This document shows positions 1-14,599 of a stretch of 64,000 bases of DNA, piece by piece. Numbering within the stretch: the stretch's first letter is position 1; each line of letters opens with the position of its first letter. The position numbers and the translations under genes are program-made. The DNA is from Eledone cirrhosa (taxonomy: Eukaryota): NCBI GenBank assembly GCA_964016885.1, contig OZ024742.1:366606001-366670000 (forward strand). Reading direction: 5' to 3'. The notes under the pieces were generated by a model, which was not told the origin of the DNA, ran no database searches, and saw only the letters and a program-made list of their open reading frames with translations.

Positions 1-1175
1 GCTGTGCCAATTCTAACGCCAACATTTTGCCTGCTGAACTGGTCATTGCAAGAACTAAGTGAGATGGATGTTAGAACTCGCAAACTTCTCAGTGTTACTG
101 GGAACTTTAATATCAATGGTGATGTGGATAGGCTATACTTCTCACGCAAGGAAGGTGGCCGGGGTCTAAAATCCATTTTAACAACATATGAGACCCGGAT
201 AGTAACACTGAAGCAACACCTTCAACAGAGGAAAAAGGTTGGCAACCATCTTGCCCAGGTTTATGAGCATGAAAAAAAAATATCATTAGAATAGCGACTG
301 ATCTGGAGGAGAGATATGGAATAAAGCCTGATATAAATCTCTCACCCAGAGAAATCGGAAGATCCTATTCAATGTTCAAACAAGATGAAAAAATTGACCA
401 ATTTACAGAAAAAGTTGTGCATGGATACTTGAGACGTAAAACACAGACCATAGAGGGGATAAACCACTCAAAAAGCTTGGCATGGAGTTCCGACAAGTTT
501 ATGACATCATACCTTGAGGAATATCTCTGTGCAATACAGGAACAAGAACTCCCTACCAAATATCTGCTGCACAAAAGGGGAGGGCCATCAGCTGACAATA
601 AATGTAGGCTATGTAAAACAAAGATCGAGGATGTAAGCCACATTGTTGCCAGCTGCGAAAGAATGTCATCTCGCTACTACCTCCCCATGAGACACGAGGG
701 GATAGCTAGAACCATCTGGAACGCACTTCAAAAAACAAAATTAACAACAAACGAGGAGGAATATATTGAGACAGATGGCACTAAGGAATACTGGTGGAAC
801 CTGAAAATAAAAACTGCCACCAAATTAAAGCACAACCGACCTGATATCGTTGTTTGGGACCACACATTGAAAACGTGTTCTGTTGTGGAGATCAGCTGCC
901 CACTTGATGTAAACGTTGTCAGAAAAATACAGGAGAAGGAAGACATCTACGGACCATTGATGAGGAGTTTACAAATCCAGTATCCAAGATACACCTTTAG
1001 CTTCATACCCATCATTATTGGAGCTACGGGTTATATACCAACCTGCTTGGACCAAAGTATGACTGAACTAAGATTTGCGGACAAAGCGCGCAGCTCCCTA
1101 ATTCATAGTCTACAAATGGCTGCGATAGCTGGCACCTTCAAGATTTGCAAAACATTCTTGCGATTCAAGGGATGA
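1..1175 (+). pseudogene. Frameshifted RT C-terminus / CCHC / RLE coding region
   Basis: The two ORFs join through a frameshift at the A9 run (272-280); the downstream frame reads NIIRIATDLEERYG into ORF 372-1175. Confidence 0.8.
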
Positions 1176-1250
1176 CAATTTCTTTTCCTTTACAACCTTG
1201 CCACCAGGAAGGTGGCCGGTCAAAAAAATATACTCGAAATTAAGAGAAAG
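1..1250 (+). mobile_element. 3' part of an R4/Dong-clade non-LTR retrotransposon with restriction-like endonuclease (continues upstream of the window)
   Basis: ORFs 4-294 and 372-1175 show DVDRLYFSRKEGGRGL (post-RT motif), AIQEQ, a CCHC knuckle CRLC...HIVASC, RHEGI, RPDIV, EISCP and KEDIY (PD-(D/E)xK RLE), and PIIIGATG. A short 3' UTR runs into a (TACA)n tract. Confidence 0.85.
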
Positions 1251-1253
1251 AGA

Positions 1254-1556
1254 TAACATACATACATAATACAAACATACGTGCATATATACGTACATAC
1301 ATAATACATACATGCATACATACATACACATACATATATAAATACTTACATACATACATACATACATACATACACATACAAATATAAATATATACATACA
1401 TACAAGCATATATACATATATATATACATATATACATACAAACATACGTACATACATACTTACATACATAAATACATACTTACATACAAACATACATACA
1501 TACATATATACATACATACATATATACATACATACATACATACATGCATACATATA
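1254..1556 (+). repeat. (TACA)n/(TA)n compound microsatellite
   Basis: Direct inspection; explains the MYVC-type ORFs. Confidence 0.95.
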
Positions 1557-1889
1557 TGGTGGCTGCCAACTCGTTTTCGAGTACGGCCACTACATTATAT
1601 CCATGTAGGAGAACCCCTACAGATGCGCTGAACGAGTGTGACTTTTTAGTCCAGCCAGCGACTTGAAAACTCTGGTACAAACACTACACTTGTGACAATT
1701 ATTGACACATAGTGCTGGGCCCATGGTACCATGTGACGACAAGTGCAGAGAGATCTCCAGATATAAAGAAATGCCTGTGCCGTGAAGCTTTTATAGTGAG
1801 CAATGGCACTGCACAAAGCCAGTCCCACTCTCTTAACCAAGATGATATTTACCAAAAAGAAGAACAAGTCAACATCATTGGATACCATC

Positions 1890-2165
1890 AGAGTTGCAGG
1901 TGTTATATCAGAGTTTTCCTTCTCCTAGAATTCTGCCTTGACAAAGGCTAAAGGGTCATCTCTCCTGGTGATATTGGATGGCCATTAACTCTTAAGAGCC
2001 CCTTTGCCCTTTGACAGGTTTTGTTTTTAGTCCTGCAGGATGTCCAAAGTCACCCTCCTCACTATGAAACCTTGGTGGGGTTGCCAGTTTAGTCGCCAAC
2101 GACCCGACCATGGGACAGGTTGTACTGGGATACATGTTACCAGTAGCACCAACTGGTGACCTGAC
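1890..2165. mobile_element. Possible LINE (RTE-like) 5' UTR fragment
   Basis: GC-richer island between microsatellites containing gagttttccttctcctag, which resembles RTE 5' UTRs as I recall them; no coding motif present. Confidence 0.25.
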
Positions 2166-2230
2166 ATACATACATATATACTTATAAGGGTTCAGCCATG
2201 TCTCACCTATATATATATATAGCACCACCT

Positions 2231-2263
<33 letters not shown>

Positions 2264-2306
2264 CACACACCCACACACACATACATACACACACACACAC
2301 ACACAT

Positions 2307-2352
<46 letters not shown>

Positions 2353-2782
2353 TCTTAGAAAGATAAAGGGTCTGAGACAGTGAGAGAAGAGATACAACTA
2401 TCTGTGAAACATGCTGTTTCTATGTCATAAGTGAATAGTTTACTTCACAATGTTGTCAATTATTCTTTACGCTCTGATAATCAACATTGTCGATTATCTA
2501 AATGTATTGCAGATAACTGCATCTGAATGGAGCCTAGAGGGAGTTAGACATTTCATCTAAAAAATGTGTCCGATACTTCACTCTTTCCATCGTCAAAGCA
2601 CTTTACTTGTAAATTTATCTCGATGTAAATATGTAAAACAGTGTTCTCTGTTAAAGATAAGTTTTATACAATGGAAATCATGTTTAAATTACTTTCGACT
2701 TGTCAGGAGGAGAAATATTGTTCGGATGTTAAAATAGAATTAATCGATTAACACAAGAGTATTACTGATAGTTTGGGGGTAC

Positions 2783-2935
2783 AGGCACGGTTGAATGGTT
2801 AAAGGATTCATGTAGAAATTACGGGAATTTGGATTCGATCTCATCACACGGCATCCTGAGTCACTGTTTTTACCATTGCTTGGGGCTAAAGCCAAGCCAT
2901 GTGACTGAAATTACATCTGTTGAAACTGGGGAAGC
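2783..2935 (+). mobile_element. Degenerate tRNA-derived SINE
   Basis: A-box-like ggcacggttgaatggttaa and B-box-like ggattcgatctc. Confidence 0.4.
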
Positions 2936-3119
2936 CGCCAGATGAGTTGTAGCTTTAATTTAAAGGTGTAGATATGTTACATATTGTGGGACGTGGGTTC
3001 GGCTTGACCATCACGTTAAGACTACACGTGCCAGTGATATGTGCGTTCGTTTAGGTACTGGACGTTCCCATGTTCAATGTGAATCCTCATCATCAAATCT
3101 ATTTGAGAATCATCGTACA

Positions 3120-3159
3120 TATATTTGTGTGCGTATATATATATATGTGTATGTGTGGC

Positions 3160-3198
<39 letters not shown>

Positions 3199-3478
3199 GT
3201 ATATTGGTGTGACTATATATGTGTTGTGTGTGTATGTATATATATGTGTGTGTGTGGCTATATATATATTTATATACATACACACGTATATTGGTGTAAC
3301 TATATATTTGTTGTGTGTGTATGTATATATATATATGTGTGTGTGTGTGGCTATATATATATTTATATACACACACACACGTATATTGGTGTGACTATAT
3401 ATGTGTTGTGTGTGTATGTATATATATGTGTTGTGTGTATATATATATATGTGTTGTGTATGTATATATGTGTGTGTA
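3120..3478. repeat. TA/TG-rich minisatellite containing acgtatattggtgtgact
   Basis: Three degenerate tandem units. Confidence 0.85.
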
Positions 3479-3907
3479 AATATAGTTTCGCTGTGAAATA
3501 AATTAAAGCCCAGAAGAGATCAACGTGCCCAGTTTGGTTTTTATTAAGCAATTGATCACGATTCGTTCGTTTAGCACTAGCAAGGGGTCAACTAATCATG
3601 ATAGTTACTAGCTAGGTGCAGATCGATTCTGCTTGAAGATGTAATATGCCTCGGCACGAATATTGACATCTCTCTTACTATAAATGTGTTTATCAACTCA
3701 ATAAGCTTATTAAACCTATGTTCAATTCATGAATGACTCTCCTTTCCACCAGTTCGCCTCATCCTTACTATATTTACTACTCAGCACATTTATTATACAG
3801 TCAATATCTATATCACAATATTTATAGTTGGTAACCCGCCTATTATTATTATCATCATATCCCTATTGGTCACTAAACTATTATTTAATATACCATATCT
3901 CCCCCCC

Positions 3908-3959
<52 letters not shown>

Positions 3960-3964
<5 letters not shown>

Positions 3965-4170
3965 AAAAAGTATGACCCCGACGGCAGAGCTCAAGCCGTT
4001 TCGACGGCCATTTCTGGACGGCTATTTCAGTCCAGAAATAGCCGTCGAAACGGCTTGAGCTCTGCCGTCGGGGTCATACTTTTTCCTATTTCCCACTCTA
4101 CTACCCTAAGTATTGAGTCCTCTGGTGCGTTATGGTCCATTTGGTTCCTTACTACAATTCCTTTGTTATA
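3960..4170. mobile_element. Fold-back repeat family A, copy 1 (putative Penelope-like pseudo-LTR remnant)
   Basis: About 60-bp inverted arms (3960-4019 / 4030-4089) plus a tail, flanked by (TA)n. The same sequence recurs at 35990, 42726 and 50895. Confidence 0.75.
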
Positions 4171-4181
4171 TATATATATAT

Positions 4182-4480
4182 TATTAGAAAGTGAGGTTTT
4201 TTTACAAAATGAAAAATAACCGAGGTGTCCTACACGAGTGAAAGTATAAAGAAAAAGAGATGAAATCGAAAATGCAACTGGAGTCTTATTTTTTAAAAAT
4301 AAGACTCCAGTTGCATTTTGGGTTTCATTTATATAAAATTTATATAAAATTTATATAAAATTTATATAAAATTTATATAAAATTTATATAAAATTTATAT
4401 AAATTTATATAAATTTATATAAAATTTATATAAAATTTATATAAAATTATATAAAATTTATATAAAATGAAACCCAAAAT
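4182..4480. repeat. Repeat family B with palindrome and 10-bp (TTTATATAAA-like) tandem array
   Basis: 4182-4290 matches 22397-22505; palindrome at 4260-4328; tandem 10-mer at about 4328-4467. Confidence 0.75.
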
Positions 4481-4891
4481 GTAAAAACAATATTTGCTCT
4501 ACGGTTCTTATATATTTGATATATATTTTCCTTATCGAGCCCTCTTTGGATTTTAGTCTTCAATTTTATTATTATTAATATATATATATATATATATATA
4601 TATTTACGATCGACTTTTGTCAAATCGGACCGAGGAAACAATGTTTCCATTGGTCCTTCCAGTTGCTGATAGTATCAACCGGTCGCAACTCCATATATAT
4701 ATATATATATAGTGACGAAACATAAGTCAATTGCATGAACTCATAATCCTTTATTTACTGCTATATATATTTTGATGATAGCCATTGAATGGCTATGCCC
4801 TCATCAGGCAGTTAATCAGTTCTTAGATATGCCAGCTCTGTGTTTATGTCTGAATTCTACCTACTTATCTATCTATCTATCTATCTCTCTA

Positions 4892-7800
4892 CACAAAAGA
4901 GCTCACAACAACAGCAAACAAAAAACACCACACAAAAACAAAAACATGCATACACATACATAAACACAAGAAACAAAAAACTGTTAAACATTGTGTACAA
5001 CAACAATCTAATAAAAACACAAGGGCCTAACTTCACCCAGGCAGGGGATTTCCCCCACCTCAAAATGATTAAGGCCCCACAGGACACCTATAAAACTTTA
5101 AAAAACAATTTTAAAGAGGACGTGGGTCCCCCCTGCGTCGGGCCCATTAACCGCGTCCTCCTAAAAAACTATCCCACCCCCTCCCCAAACACCCACACAA
5201 CTCCAAGCTCCCCAAACACACAACACACTGATGCCCCTACACTTCCACAAACCACCACCCCACCCAACAACCCATCCCCCACCCTAATGGAAATTGTGCA
5301 GCCCGATACCCGGGACGCAGAGAGGTAAGTGCCTTTTCTCTTCACCACCAACATGGCTATGCTAAGAGTAGGCTGTTTAAATGCGCGTGGCCTGGGCTCA
5401 ACTTGGAAGCAAGCAATGCTTCTAAATGACCTCAGGTCACAACGTATAGATGTGATGGTTATTTGCGAGGCCCGGATCAGCAACGTGCGACAGCTGGCCC
5501 CCACCTTTGATGACTTTGAGATGCACGCATCTCTCTGTCAGCCCGGAGGTGGGGGTGGAGTTGTCGTTCTGCTGCAAAAACATCTGGGTCTCGCAACACA
5601 GATGGTACATTTGGACCCGGAGGGTCGACTAGTGGTTCTGGAACTTGGCAGTGGTAAAGGCGGAGCGTTTAGGTTGGTAGCCGCCTACGGCCCTTTCGGG
5701 TCAATGCGGCCGGACTTCTTCCATCGTCTGGAGACTTTTCTAGGGACGTCCCGCTCCTTGCTATTAGTGGGGGACTGGAATGGTATCCTAGATGCACGCT
5801 GGGACTACGTAGGGGCCTGTCCCGATAGAGAGGGGTGTAATAGCCTCAAAGGGTTAATCGCTCGATTTGACCTGGCCGATAGATATCGACTAGATTTTCC
5901 GACTGCGCCAACCTGGACTTGGGCAAATCGTAGCGGAACATCTGGGTCGTACCTAGATAGGTTCTTAGTTAGAATTAAGGATAAGGACTATTTAAGTTGT
6001 CCAAAAATGCGCATGGTTGGCTATTCAGACCACAAATTAGTGACCTGCATGGTCAACCTTGACAGAACTCATAGACAGGGACCCGGTTACTGGAAGCTCA
6101 ACTTGTCCTTACCGGCAAGTAAGGCTTACAGGAACCGGATTAGCACTTTAGTTAAGGAGCGGTTGACGGGCGCCATCGTCAACAGCAGGTGGTGGGGATC
6201 TCTCAAAAGAGAGATTAGAGTAGTCTCTATAGAATTTAGTAAGGAGTTAGCCACCAATAGAAATAGGAAGGAAAGGGAGTTGGTAGATAGTGTAGAAGAG
6301 GCAATTAGAAGCGGCGATGTGGCCAGAGTGCTAGCGTCGAGAACGGCCCTGGGCCAGTTCTTCGACGCGAAACACGAAGGCTGCATCGTCCGAAGCAAAA
6401 TACGTGCTCTGGGAAACGAGGGGACCAAAGCTGTTAGCTGGGCCCGCGTGACAGAAGCCAAAAGAGGGAGCAGATCCACTATCCGGTCTTTGCGAGACCA
6501 GGATGGACGGGTGATCCTTGAACCTAAGCAGATGTGCGAGGCTTTTCAAAAGCACTTTGCCGGATTCTTCGGAAGGGGCGGGGGGCCGGTTGGGGATGTG
6601 GATTTCGGTCCATACCTCGACGGCCTGCCGCGTCTCTCGGACAGGGACGCGAAGTCCTGCGAGGAGCCGATTTCAGCCGCTGAGATAGAGGACGTGCTGA
6701 GCCAATGCGGCAAACGCAAATCCCCGGGTCTCGATGGTCTTCCATACGAACTATATCTAGCTATGCCGGACTTGTTCCCCGAACTCCTCGAGGCGGTCTA
6801 CTGCAACTGGCGACAGAACGGGAGAATTCCCTGTGCTGTGACCAAGGGCGTAGTCACGCTAGTGAGGAAGGACGAGAACAAGGGGGACGATATAAATAAT
6901 TTCAGGCCCATAACTCTGCTAAATACAGAGTTACAGATTTTGGCCAAGGTGCTAGCAAAGAGGTTGGCGCTTGTCGTGGGCAACCTGGTGGGAGATGCGC
7001 AGACATGTGCTATCCCGTCCAGGTCCATCCACGATAACCTCCACCTCATGCGATACATCATAGAGAGGGTTGGGAACGAACCCGGCTTTGGTGGGGCCCT
7101 GATCAACTTGGATCAATCTAAGGCATTCGATAGGGTCGACCATGGTTACCTGGATGCGGTGCTAGCGGCGGCAGGCTTCGGACCCGTTTTCAGGGGCTGG
7201 ATCAATGCCATGCACAGCAGCCGCATCTGCTCTAGGGTGAAGGTGAACGGCTACCTCTCTGAGCCGTTCGAAATCGCGCGTCCATCCGACAGGGGTGCCC
7301 TCTCTCCTCCCTTCTGTATGTAGTGACTCTAGAGCCACTGCTGCGGAATTTGGAGTTGTTGCAGGGCATCCCGTTGGAACCGGGATTGCGGAAAGCGGTG
7401 TCAGCCTACGCCGATGACGTAACAGTAATGGTGTCGACGGCCTCGGAAATCGGGGCGATCGGCACCTTACTGGAGGAGTACGAAAGGTTTACAGGGGCTA
7501 AGCTGAACCGGGACAAGTCGATCGGTCTGCAACTCGGCACGTGGAGGGACAGATCGATGCCCTCCGATGGCGTCGTCGGGCGCTGGACGGAGGGCCCGGT
7601 GAAATTGCTCGGGGTCTGGTTCGGACCAGACCTCCAGGTGGAGAAGAACTGGGGTGAGGTGACGAGCAGGGTGTTTGCACTGACCCAGAAGGGGGCCGAG
7701 TGCAAACTGTCCCTGAAAGGTCGGGCGGAGGTGGCGAACACTTATATAGCGTCCGTCATCTACTACCGCCTGACCGTGGTGCCTTGCCCAAGGGAAACGC

Positions 7801-8340
7801 TCGCCAAAATGGAGCGCGCACTCTTCCAATTCCTTTGGAAGAAGCGGGCTCCTATGGTGAGGAGATCCATCTGCTGTCAACACCCTTCGAAAGGAGGGCT
7901 GGGGATGCCGTGGCTGATGATACGTAAACACGCATTAAGGCTACGGCACCTTCAGGTATTCCTCTCCGGTCAACCGGTGTGGGCCCCGTTTGTGAGGCGA
8001 GCCTTTCCCAGACTCGTCTCACTCGCCGAGCTGCAATCCTGTGTCAAGCAAAGACCGAGAAAACTGGGCGCCTGGCACATCGAGTGTGCCCAGGCGCTCA
8101 CGGCTCTCTGGCAGGCGGACCCGGCTGTCAGTGGAGAATCCACCTCGTCATTCTATAAAGGGCTGGTGGTTAGCAGGTGCGACGACGCCCTCGGAGAAGC
8201 CCTAGGCATGGAGGAAGACGAACTGGACAACATTTTATATATTGTTATTGCCTCCTCCTTATTGAGGACGCCTTGTATTGTAAACTCCCCCCATTGTACT
8301 TGTCCCACTTTTGATGCCCTGGTGGCAAATAAAAGAAACA
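4892..8340 (+). mobile_element. Tx1/L1-clade LINE, 5'-truncated and internally deleted near the 3' end
   Basis: Probable ORF1 tail ending at TAA 5328; ORF2 with APE and RT domains; 3' UTR with aataaa; TATCTATCTCTCTA on both flanks (4878-4891 and 8341-8354). Confidence 0.9.
5353..8230 (+). pseudogene. ORF2 apurinic-like endonuclease plus reverse transcriptase, one frameshift
   Basis: APE motifs LNARGL, ICEAR, GDWN, YLDRF, YSDH and GYWKLN; RT motifs KSPGLDGLP, FRPITLLN and DQSKAFDRV. A frameshift near 7280 restores IRQGCPLS, followed by YADD in ORF 7323-8489. Confidence 0.92.
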
Positions 8341-8350
8341 TATCTATCTC

Positions 8351-8423
<73 letters not shown>

Positions 8424-8440
8424 ATATCTATCTATCTCTA
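8341..8440. repeat. (TATC)n microsatellite
   Basis: Direct inspection. Confidence 0.95.
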
Positions 8441-8761
8441 TTTACCTACGTGTCAGTGTCATAACTCAGTGATTCGACAGCAATATTAATAATATAAGAC
8501 CCAGTCTGAAACAGATTAATTCTTTGGTGGATATTATCGGATAAATGAAGATAAACGGCAGCATGGTCACAGTTTAGTGACTAAGACTAGTAAAATACTA
8601 ACAGAATACAACTAATTGACCGCGTCATATGTCAGTACATGTTAGTATACTAACACCACACTAGTACCGTACTACACTGCTATTAGAACGTCACTGCAGT
8701 AAAACGTCACTATACTATGACACCACTATATGTTATAGAGTGACACTACAGCATAGCCTCA

Positions 8762-9214
8762 CTACACCGCCGTGTGTGTAGTCACCACCACACCGCCATG
8801 TGTGTAGACACCACCACACCGCCGTGTGTGTAGCCACCACCACACCGCCATGTGTGTAGACACCACCACACCGCCGTGTGTGTAGCCACCACCACACCGC
8901 CGTGTGTGTAGACACCACCACACCGCCGTGTGTGTAGCCACCACCACACCGCCGTGTGTGTAGCCACCACCACACCGCCATGTGTGTAGCCACCACCACA
9001 CCGCCATGTGTGTAGCCACCACCACACCGCCATGTGTGTAGCCACCACCACACCGCCGTGTGTGTAGACACCACCACTACACCGCCGTGTGTGTAGCCAC
9101 CACCACTACACCGCCGTGTGTGTAGACACCACCACACCGCCGTGTGTGTAGCCACCACCACACCACCGTGTGTGTAGCCACCACCACACCGCCATGTGTG
9201 TAGCCACCACCACA
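8762..9214. repeat. 26-bp minisatellite GCCGTGTGTGTAGCCACCACCACACC, about 17 copies
   Basis: Direct inspection. Confidence 0.92.
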
Positions 9215-9587
9215 CGAGGAACTGTTCACACGGCAGTCACTCTAGTTCAACCTCACTACACCACAACATAGACACCACCTCACTGAAGAGGCTTCTTCTC
9301 CGCCACATCACCACAATACCACACAACACCACCACCACCATCACCACTAGCACCACACCACACCACCACCACCGCCTCCACACCACACCACCACCACACC
9401 ACCACCACACCACTACCACACCACCACCACCACACCATACCACCACCACACGACCACCACACGACCACCACACCACCACACCACCACACCACCACTACCA
9501 CCACCATCCTGGCATTACCACACACATTACTTCACATACATACACATACACTTATAGACATACATCACATACACAAAGATAGACTCA

Positions 9588-11327
9588 TACACACCCACAC
9601 ATACATATACACAGTACATCCCATACACACCCACACATACATATACACAGTACATCCCATACACACCCACACATACATATACACAGTACATCCCAGACAC
9701 ACCCACACATACATATACACAGTACATCCCATACACACCCACACATACATATACACAGTACATCCCAGACACACCCACACATACATATACACAGTACATC
9801 CCAGACACACCCACACATACATATACACGGTACATCCCATACACACCCACACATACATATACACGGTACATCCCATACACACCCACACATACATATACAC
9901 AGTACATCCCATACACACCCACACATACATATACACGGTACATCCCATACACACCCACACATACATATACACGGTACATCCCATACACACCCACACATAC
10001 ATATACACAGTACATCCCATACACACCCACACATACATATACACGGTACATCCCATACACACCCACACATACATATACACGGTACATCCCATACACACCC
10101 ACACATACATATACACAGTACATCCCAGACACACCCACACATACATATACACAGTACATCCCAGACACACCCAGACATACATATACACGGTACATACCAG
10201 ACACACCCACACATACATATACACGGTACATACCAGACACACCCAGACATACATATACACGGTACATCCCAGACACACCCACACATACATATACACAGTA
10301 CATCCCATACACACCCACACATACATATACACGGTACATCCCAGACACACCCACACATACATATACACAGTACATCCCATACACACCCACACATACATAT
10401 ACACGGTACATACCAGACACACCCACACATACATATACACGGTACATCCCAGACACACCCACACATACATATACACGGTACATCCTAGACACACCCACAC
10501 ATACATATACACAGTACATCCCAGACACACCCACACATACATATACACAGTACATCCCAGACACACCCACACATACATATACACAGTACATCCCATACAC
10601 ACCCACACATACATATACACGGTACATACCAGACACACCCACACATACATATACACAGTACATCCCAGACACACCCACACATACATATACACGGTACATC
10701 CCAGACACACCCACACATACATATACACGGTACATCCCATACACACCCACACATACATATACACGGTACATCCCAGACACACCCACACATACATATACAC
10801 GGTACATCCCATACACACCCACACATACATATACACAGTACATACCAGACACACCTACACATACATATACACAGTACATCCCATACACACCCACACATAC
10901 ATATACACGGTACATACCAGACACACCCACACATACATATACACGGTACATCCCATACACACCCACACATACATATACACGGTACATCCCAGACACACCC
11001 ACACATACATATACACAGTACATCCCAGACACACCCACACATACATATACACAGTACATCCCAGACACACCCACACATACATATACACGGTACATCCCAT
11101 ACACACCCACACATACATATACACGGTACATCCCAGACACACCCACACATACATATACACGGTACATCCCAGACACACCCACACATACATATACACAGTA
11201 CATCCCAGACACACCCACACATACATATACACGGTACATCCCAGACACACCCACACATACATATACACAGTACATCCCAGACACACCCACACATACATAT
11301 ACACGGTACATCCCAGACACACCCACA
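9588..11327. repeat. 36-bp minisatellite ACACACCCACACATACATATACAC(A/G)GTACATCCCA(G/T), about 48 copies
   Basis: Exact 36-bp register; source of the 12-aa repeat ORFs. Confidence 0.95.
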
Positions 11328-11691
11328 CTATATTACCATACAAGTACTACAACATAAACTATCACAATATAAGCTATCTATAGTAATGCCACACCGACAC
11401 TAGCACAACATTGCACCTCACAACACACACATACACACACACACCATTCTCTCTCTCTCTCTCACTCTCACACACACAACATTACACCTCCACCACCACC
11501 ACCATCATCATCACCACAACCATCACCACCACCACAACCATCACCACCACCACTACCACAAGCACCACAAGCACCACCACTACCACCACACAACAACAGC
11601 AATAAAAAGTCCACACAGTGTCATTGTTAGACTACAGTAAAGACAACACAACATCGAGCAACCATCTGTACTAATGCAGTTGTATTTCTGG

Positions 11692-14340
11692 CAACACCAC
11701 ACCACAACATCCCAACATGACATCACAACAACACTACACCACATCACCACACCACAACATCCCAACATGACATCACAACAACACTACACCACATCACAAC
11801 ACCACAACATCCCAACATGACATCACAACCACATTACACCACATCACGACACCACAACATCCCAACATGACATCACAACAACACTACACCACATCACAAC
11901 ACCACAACATCCTAACATGACATCACAACAACACTACATCACATCACAACACCACAACATCCCAACATGACATCACAACAACACTACACCACATCACAAC
12001 ACCACAACATCCTAACATGACATCACAACAACACTACACCACATCACAACACCACAACATCCCAACATGACATCACAACAACACTACACCACATCACAAC
12101 ACCACAACATCCTAACATGACATCACAACAACACTACACCACATCACAACACCACAACATCCCAACATGACATCACAACAACACTACACCACATCACAAC
12201 ACCACAACATCCCAACATGACATCACAACAACACTACACCACATCACAACACCACAACATCCCAACATGACATCACAACAACACTACACCACATCACAAC
12301 ACCACAACATCCCAACATGACATCACAACAACACTACACCACATCACAACACCACAACATCCCAACATGACATCACAACAACACTACACCACATCACCAC
12401 ACCACAACATCCCAACATGACATCACAACAACACTACACCACATCACAACACCACAACATCCCAACATGACATCACAACAACACTAAACCACATCACAAC
12501 ACCACAACATCCCAACATGACATCACAACAACACTACACCACATCACAACACCACAACATCCCAACATGACATCACAACAACACTACACCACATCACAAC
12601 ACCACAACATCCCAACATGACACCACAACAACTCTACACCACATCACAACACCACAACATCCCAACATGACATCACAACAACACTACACCACATCACAAC
12701 ACCACAACATCCCAACATGACATCACAACAACACTACACCACATCACCACACCACAACATCCCAACATGACATCACAACAACACTACACCACATCACAAC
12801 ACCACAACATCCCAACATGACACCACAACAACTCTACACCACATCACAACACCACAACATCCCAACATGACATCACAACAACTCTACACCACATCACAAC
12901 ACCACAACATCCCAACATGACATCACAACAACACTACACCACATCACCACACCACAACATCCCAACATGACATCACAACAACACTACACCACATCACAAC
13001 ACCACAACATCCCAACATGACATCACAACAACACTACACCACATCACAACACCACAACATCCCAACATGACATCACAACAACACTACACCACATCACCAC
13101 ACCACAACATCCCGACATGACATCACAACAACACTACACCACATCACAACACCACAACATCCCAACATGACATCACAACAACACTACACCACATCACCAC
13201 ACCACAACTTCCCAACATCACATCACAACAACACTACACCACATCACCACATCACAACATCCCAACATGACATCACAACAACACTACACCACATCACAAC
13301 ACCACAACATCCCAACATGACATCACAACAACACTACACCACATCACCACATCACAACATCCCAACATCACATGACAACAACACTACACCACATCACAAC
13401 ACCACAACATCCCAACATGACATCACAACAACACTACACCACATCACCACACCACAACATCCCAACCTGACATCACAACAACACTACGCCACATCACCAC
13501 AGCATCCCAACATGACATCACAACAACACTACATCACATCACAACACCACAACATCCCAACATGACATCACAACAACACTACACATCATCACCACACCAC
13601 AACATCCCAACATCACATCACAACAACACTACACCACATCACAACACCACAACATCCCAACATCACATCACAACAACACTACACCACATCACCACACCAC
13701 AACATCCCAACATGACATCACAACAACACTACACCACATCACAACACCACAACATCCCAACATGACATCACAACAACACTACACCACATCACAACACCAC
13801 AACATCCCAACATGACATCACAACAACACTACACCACATCACCACACCACAACATCCCAACATGACATCACAACAACACTACACCACATCACCACATCAC
13901 AACATCCCAACATCACATCACAACACTACACCACATCACAACACCACAACATCCCAACATGACATCACAACACTACACCACATCACCACACCACAACATC
14001 CCAACATGACATCACAACAACACTACACCACATCACCACATCACAACATCCCAACATCACATCACAACACTACACCACATCACCACACCACAACATCCCA
14101 ACATGACATCACAACAACACTACACCACATCACCACACCACAACTTCCCAACATCACATCACAACAACACTACACCACATCACAACCCCACAACATCCCA
14201 ACATGACATCACAACAACACTACACCACATCACCACAACATCCCAACATGACATCACAACAACACTACACCACATCACAACACCACAACATCCCAACATG
14301 ACATCACAACAACACTACACCACATCACAACACCACCACA
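11692..14340. repeat. 50-bp minisatellite CCCAACATGACATCACAACAACACTACACCACATCACAACACCACAACAT, about 53 copies
   Basis: Direct inspection; degenerates toward the right end. Confidence 0.95.
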
Positions 14341-14599
14341 TCACAATATCACAACACAACGACATCACCACAACACCACATCACCACAACACCACAACAT
14401 CACCACAACACCACAACATCACAACACCAGACAATACCACCACAACATCACAACACAGCACAACACATCACCACCACACAATAATACCACACAACACAAC
14501 ACCACACAACAACACCACAAAACACCACCACACCACCACACGTTTACCACCACACCACACCACCACACCACTGAGACACAATAAAACTCTGACATAGTC

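Noticed and set aside
4605-4692. Structured GC-richer island (GGACC/GGTCC stem) as a possible ribozyme
   Set aside because: Hairpins are present, but I could not match a known catalytic core.
9527-11343. Long Cys/Val/Tyr-rich ORFs (599, 429, 293 and 269 aa) resembling metallothionein or keratin-associated repeats
   Set aside because: All three minus frames are open because the 36-bp unit lacks stop codons; there is no unique flanking coding sequence.
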